A DNA stretch of 64,000 nt from an uncultured Gemmatimonadaceae bacterium (lineage in GTDB: Bacteria; Gemmatimonadota; Gemmatimonadetes; Gemmatimonadales; Gemmatimonadaceae), in NCBI GenBank assembly GCA_963716745.1, contig OY970320.1, positions 2,400,001 to 2,464,000 of the forward strand. Direction: 5' to 3'. Positions 59,818 through 64,000 of the stretch are shown in pieces. Both the position numbers and the translations under genes were made by a program. Under the pieces are notes generated by a model. That model was not told where the DNA came from. It did not search any database and saw nothing but the letters and a program-made list of their open reading frames with translations. Position 1 is the first letter of the stretch. Each line of letters begins with the position of its first letter.

Positions 59818-61692
59818 ATGGATTACTCGCTCACTTTCGCACGTCACTTCGCCCGGCTCGTGTGGCTGTTGCTCAACGAAGGCCATGCCTTCGATGCGCA
59901 GATCGCCACGCTGCGCTCGCTGGTGAACGTGTCGCGCGATGGTGAAGTGAAGATCACGACGAACGATTGGCGGCTCATGGCTAATGGCCAGCCGCTCCCC
60001 GATCGTTTCACGGGAACGCAGGATCTGGTCGCGCAGTTGATCGGGCATTCGGTGCTGGCGCTCAGTATCTCGCAAGGCGCTTCGCCCGCGGACCTGCTCC
60101 TGGCCGCGCGCGTACTCGCGAGCGAGGCGGCGCCGGGCGACGGCGGCCGGAACGTCATCGCGCGGCTCGCGGCGCTCGACGCGAACACGTTGAAGGTGGA
60201 GATCGATCCGGCGGCGTTCGCGGAAGAGCCGAAGACCAAGTCGCCGCCGCCGGCCCCGGTGCGCTCGCGCACGCCGGTCATGAACATGATCGTGCAGCAC
60301 GACGACGAGATCACCGTGTTCAGCAACGAGGAGGATCTGTACGGCGCCGCGTCGCTCACCGGCACGCACAGCGTCGATGAACTCGGCATGGCGCCGCTCA
60401 GCATGCTGACACCGAATACGATGCCGAGCCTGCCGCCCACGGGGCCGCTCACGCCTACGCCGCCGGGCGCGCTTTCGGCCGTCCCGATGCCCACGCCGCC
60501 GCGCATCGACATGATCGGGCCGCCGCTCGAGCCAATGGAGCCGCTGGAACCGGTCGAACCGCTCGCGCCCTTTCCGGAGCTCAAGCTCGAGGAGCCCGAG
60601 ATCATGCGCGGCACCGATCCGGAGCAGGTGCTGCAGGCGAACACCGCGGTGACGCCCAAGGGCACGATGGTGAAGATGTTCGAGGCGCTCGACGCATCCA
60701 CCAGTTCCGCCGCCGCCGCGAAACAGCTCGAGCTCCTCGTGAAGCTCGCCACTGAGAGCGCGCGCAAGGAGCGCGTGGACATGGTGGCCGACATCTTCTA
60801 CGGCATCGTCAAACGCGAGAACGATGTCGAGGACAAATCGATCAAGCGGCAATTCTCGATGGCGATGCGGCGGCTTTCGACGCCGAGCGTGCTGCAGTGT
60901 CTCGTGGAGCTGCTGCCACGCCGCCGCGAGAATTACGACCAGTACATGGCCGTGTTCGAGAAGAGCGACGAAGCCGGCGTCGAGGCGCTGGTAGAGGCGC
61001 TCGTGGCCGCGCCGAGCATCCAAGACCGCCGCGTGTTCTACGACGCGCTGCTGCGGCTGCGCTCGGGCATCCGCACCCTCATGTTCATGCTCGGCGACCC
61101 GCGCTGGTACGTCGTGCGCAACGCCGCCGAACTGCTCGGCGAGATGAAGAGCATGGAAGCGGAGCCCGACCTCACGAAGCTGCTGCAGCACCGCGACGAT
61201 CGCGTGCGCACGGCGGCCGCCGCGGCGCTCGCGAAGCTCGGCGGCACGGCGGCGGTGCGCGGCATGCGCGCGTCGCTCGCCGGCGAGGCGGTGCGCGAGC
61301 GCGTGAGCGAAGCGATGTCGCCGCGCGACGGCAACTCGGTGGATTCGCTCATTCGCGCCGTGGATCGCGAGGAGGACAGCCGCGTGCAAATGGCGATGCT
61401 CGCGGCGCTCGGCCAGCTCGGCACGCCGGCCGCGGTGGACAAGTTGCTCGAGATCGCGCGCAGCGACCGCAAGCTGCTCGCGCGCAGCCGGCCCACGCCG
61501 ATGCGCGTGGCGGCGGTGCACGCGCTGGGCGACGTGAAGAGCAACACCGCGCACAGTGCGCTGCAGGCACTGCTGCACGACAAGGAGAAAGCGGTGCGCG
61601 GCGCGGCGAGCTGGGTGATCATGGGCCGCCGGCGCGAGAACGGTCAGTGGCCCGAGGAGAACGGGTCGTCCACCGTGGACGACCTGGAGTAG
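59818..61692 (+). CDS. HEAT-repeat protein with Pro-rich linker
   Basis: DPRWYVVRNAAELLG, DDRVRTAAAAAL, KAVRGAA repeats. Confidence 0.85.
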   Translation: MDYSLTFARHFARLVWLLLNEGHAFDAQIATLRSLVNVSRDGEVKITTNDWRLMANGQPLPDRFTGTQDLVAQLIGHSVLALSISQGASPADLLLAARVLASEAAPGDGGRNVIARLAALDANTLKVEIDPAAFAEEPKTKSPPPAPVRSRTPVMNMIVQHDDEITVFSNEEDLYGAASLTGTHSVDELGMAPLSMLTPNTMPSLPPTGPLTPTPPGALSAVPMPTPPRIDMIGPPLEPMEPLEPVEPLAPFPELKLEEPEIMRGTDPEQVLQANTAVTPKGTMVKMFEALDASTSSAAAAKQLELLVKLATESARKERVDMVADIFYGIVKRENDVEDKSIKRQFSMAMRRLSTPSVLQCLVELLPRRRENYDQYMAVFEKSDEAGVEALVEALVAAPSIQDRRVFYDALLRLRSGIRTLMFMLGDPRWYVVRNAAELLGEMKSMEAEPDLTKLLQHRDDRVRTAAAAALAKLGGTAAVRGMRASLAGEAVRERVSEAMSPRDGNSVDSLIRAVDREEDSRVQMAMLAALGQLGTPAAVDKLLEIARSDRKLLARSRPTPMRVAAVHALGDVKSNTAHSALQALLHDKEKAVRGAASWVIMGRRRENGQWPEENGSSTVDDLE

Positions 61693-61696
61693 CGCG

Positions 61697-62765
61697 CTAG
61701 CGGGCGGTGAAGTCGGTGGAGGCGCTCACGCGCCGGCAGGTTTCCGCGAGCAGCGAGGCCGCGCGATCGATGTCCTCGAGGCTCACCATTCTCGTTCGGC
61801 GAATGCATGTAGCGGTTGGCCACGCTCACGAGCCCCGTCGCGATCCCCTCGCGCGCCACGTGAATGGAGTCGGCATCAGTGCCCGTGTCGCGGCCCGCGG
61901 CGTGCAGCGTGTATGGGATCTCGAGATCGTCGGCGGTGGCGCGCAGCAGCCGGTGCACCACCGGGCTCACGACCGATCCGCGCGACAGCACCGGGCCGCC
62001 GCCCAGCGGATTGTCGCCGATCTCCTTCTTCTCGATGCCCGGCGTGTCGGTGGCGTGGGTGACATCCACCACGATGGCCATCGCCGCGCCGCTGGCCGTG
62101 GCGCTCACGCCGGCGCCGCCGCCGCGCCAGGAGATCTCCTCCTGCGTGGTGGCCACCGCGACGACGCGCGCCTTGCCGGGCTTCTTCGCGTAGCGGCGCA
62201 GCGCCTCGAGCACGACGAACGCGCCGATGCGATCGTCGATCGAGCGCGACACGAGCCGCTTGTTCGGGAATTCCATCGCGCGCGCGTCGATCACGCCGCA
62301 GTCGCCGACATCCAGGTGCTTCTTCGCCTCGGCTTTGCTCTTCACGCCGATGTCCACCCAGAGGTCGGAGAGCTGCGTGCCCTTATCGCGGTCCTCCTTC
62401 TTCATCAGGTGCACTGCCTTTCGTCCGACCACGCCGAACACGTCGCCCTTGGGGCCGAGGAAGCGGATGCGCTGGCCGACGAGCACCTGCGCGTCCCAGC
62501 CGCCGATCTCGCTGATGTAGAGGAAGCCATCGTCGTCGATGTGCTGCACGATGACGCCGATCTCATCGATGTGGCCGGCGAGCATGATCGTGGGCGCGCC
62601 CTTCGCGTGCACCGTGGCGAGCGAGTTGCCGTGCGCATCGCCTTTGACCTCGGCGAACGATTTGGCTTCCTCACGCCAGACGCGCGCGGGGGCGGCCTCG
62701 AAGCCGGAGGGGCCCGGCGTGTCGAGGAGTTTGCGGAGGAAGGTGAGCGAGGATTCGGAGAGCAT
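61697..62765 (-). CDS. M42 family aminopeptidase, frameshift ~61790 near the C-terminus
   Basis: GPSGFE, GHIDE, IDDR, QEE, GTDAD, YMHSPNE; corrected tail MVSLEDIDRAA...TAR*. Confidence 0.9.
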
Positions 62766-63175
62766 TAGTCGGGACGCTTGATGGGGAAGAGCATGAAGCT
62801 GGCGAGGAGCACGAAGATGCCGGCGAGATAGAATTTCGCGTCATCAGTGAGGAAATAGTAGACGCCGCCGGCGAGCGCGGCACCTTCTCCCATCGCCCAG
62901 CCCATGAGCGCGAATGAGAAGCGCTGCGCTTCGTTCGTAGCGCGCGACCAGATCGGACGGACCACGGACATGCCGCCGAGCGCGAGCGCGATGGCGATGA
63001 CGGGTACGTAGATCAGTTCCTGTGGATTCGGTGCGGGCGCCCAATCGCCTTGCCGGTGGAGAAAGACTGTCACGGCACCGAACATCACGACGCCGCCGAG
63101 CAATGAGGCCCTGATGAGCATGCGGACACGCAGGACCTGCGCGGGTGAACCGCCGCCTTGCAGTGGGGCCGTCAT
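62765..63175 (-). CDS. Hypothetical 4-TM membrane protein
   Basis: Hydrophobic ORF, WAMGEG motif, overlaps M42 start. Confidence 0.7.
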   Translation of the reverse strand: MTAPLQGGGSPAQVLRVRMLIRASLLGGVVMFGAVTVFLHRQGDWAPAPNPQELIYVPVIAIALALGGMSVVRPIWSRATNEAQRFSFALMGWAMGEGAALAGGVYYFLTDDAKFYLAGIFVLLASFMLFPIKRPD

Positions 63176-63182
63176 GCGATCC

Positions 63183-64000
63183 TCACTTCTTCTCGTACAC
63201 GGGCACGCCGCCCACCCACGTCGCGACCACCTGCGCGCTCAGGATCTCGTCCGGCGCGGCGCGCACGATGTCGCGGTCGTACACCACGAAGTCCGCGTAC
63301 TTCCCCGGCGTGAGGGAGCCGAGCATCGTCTCCTGGAATGCGGCAACCGCGGGCCAGATCGTGATGGACTTGAGCGCTTCCTCGCGCGTCATCGCTTCCC
63401 ACGGCTGCCAGCCGCCGGGCGGCCAGTTGAACGCGTCCTGCCGCGTGATCGCGGAGTGATATGAGTAGAGCGGATTCACCAACTCCACCGGGAAATCGCT
63501 GCCGTTCGGGATGATCACGCCGGTGTTGAGCAGCGCGCGCCACGCGTACGCGCCGTAGATGCGCGACGGCCCCAGCCGCTTCGCGGCCCAGTACATGTCG
63601 CTCGTCTGGTGCACGGCCTGCATACTCGGGATCACGTCGAGCTGCGCGAAGCGCGGGATGTCGGCGAAGTTCAGTATCTGCGCGTGCTCGATGCGGAAGC
63701 GATGATCCGCGACCGGCACTTCCTTGAGCGCCGCCTCGTACGCGTCCAGCGTCACACGATTTCCGCGGTCGCCGATCGCGTGCGTCGCGACCTGGAAGCC
63801 GTGCTTGAGCGCCTGCACGCTCACCGCGCGCAGATGCTCCGGCGCGGACACGAGCAATCCGTTGTTCGCCGGATCATCGCTGTACGGATCGAGCAGCGCC
63901 GCGCCGCGCGAGCCGAGTGCGCCGTCGGCGTAGAGCTTGATGGAGCGCACCCAGAGATGCCCGTCATACATCGCACTGCGCGGGCCCAGGCCGAAGTAGT
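63183..64000 (-). CDS. YtcJ-like amidohydrolase (family 3), 5' part outside the window
   Basis: KLYADGALGSRGA, HAIGD, RIEHAQ, GSDFPVE, GKYADFVV. Confidence 0.9.
   Translation of the reverse strand, partial: YFGLGPRSAMYDGHLWVRSIKLYADGALGSRGAALLDPYSDDPANNGLLVSAPEHLRAVSVQALKHGFQVATHAIGDRGNRVTLDAYEAALKEVPVADHRFRIEHAQILNFADIPRFAQLDVIPSMQAVHQTSDMYWAAKRLGPSRIYGAYAWRALLNTGVIIPNGSDFPVELVNPLYSYHSAITRQDAFNWPPGGWQPWEAMTREEALKSITIWPAVAAFQETMLGSLTPGKYADFVVYDRDIVRAAPDEILSAQVVATWVGGVPVYEKK

Noticed and set aside
376..62765. Split genes as pseudogenes or programmed frameshifts
   Set aside because: No slippery heptamers or decay are evident, and the breaks are scattered across unrelated genes, so sequencing error is more parsimonious.
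292..62768. Many long antisense or alternate-frame ORFs (e.g. 8203-10089, 35295-37121, 38164-40218, 59749-61578)
   Set aside because: They are Arg/Ala/Gly-rich shadows of real genes, expected at high GC3, and carry no motifs.

Overview
High-GC bacterial chromosomal DNA, most likely Gemmatimonadota. This is an inference from the Ser/Thr kinase-TPR, multi-PDZ and HEAT proteins and the overall gene style. The window holds about 55 mostly housekeeping genes: dacB, a caa3 cytochrome c oxidase operon, pncB/pncA NAD salvage, leuS, kup, an hcrCAB-like molybdoenzyme, two TolC-dependent export operons (ECF-sigma- and TetR-led), a polX-nth-EVE cluster, an ECF transporter and several peptidases. About a dozen genes carry single-base frameshifts, best explained as long-read assembly indels. 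I saw no tRNA, rRNA, CRISPR array, transposase or integrase. The least-explained signals are: (1) a family of long intergenic fold-back elements with 7/9/14/21-bp periodic arms and AAC...GTT ends that often abut or overlap stop codons, two of them homologous with co-varying inner stems; (2) a ~909-aa secreted protein of three beta-rich plus prodomain-like modules with no catalytic domain; (3) an HBCR-like enzyme with Gln at the conserved Mo-site Glu position, coupled to kup and a COG4313-like channel; (4) translationally coupled polX-nth-EVE.
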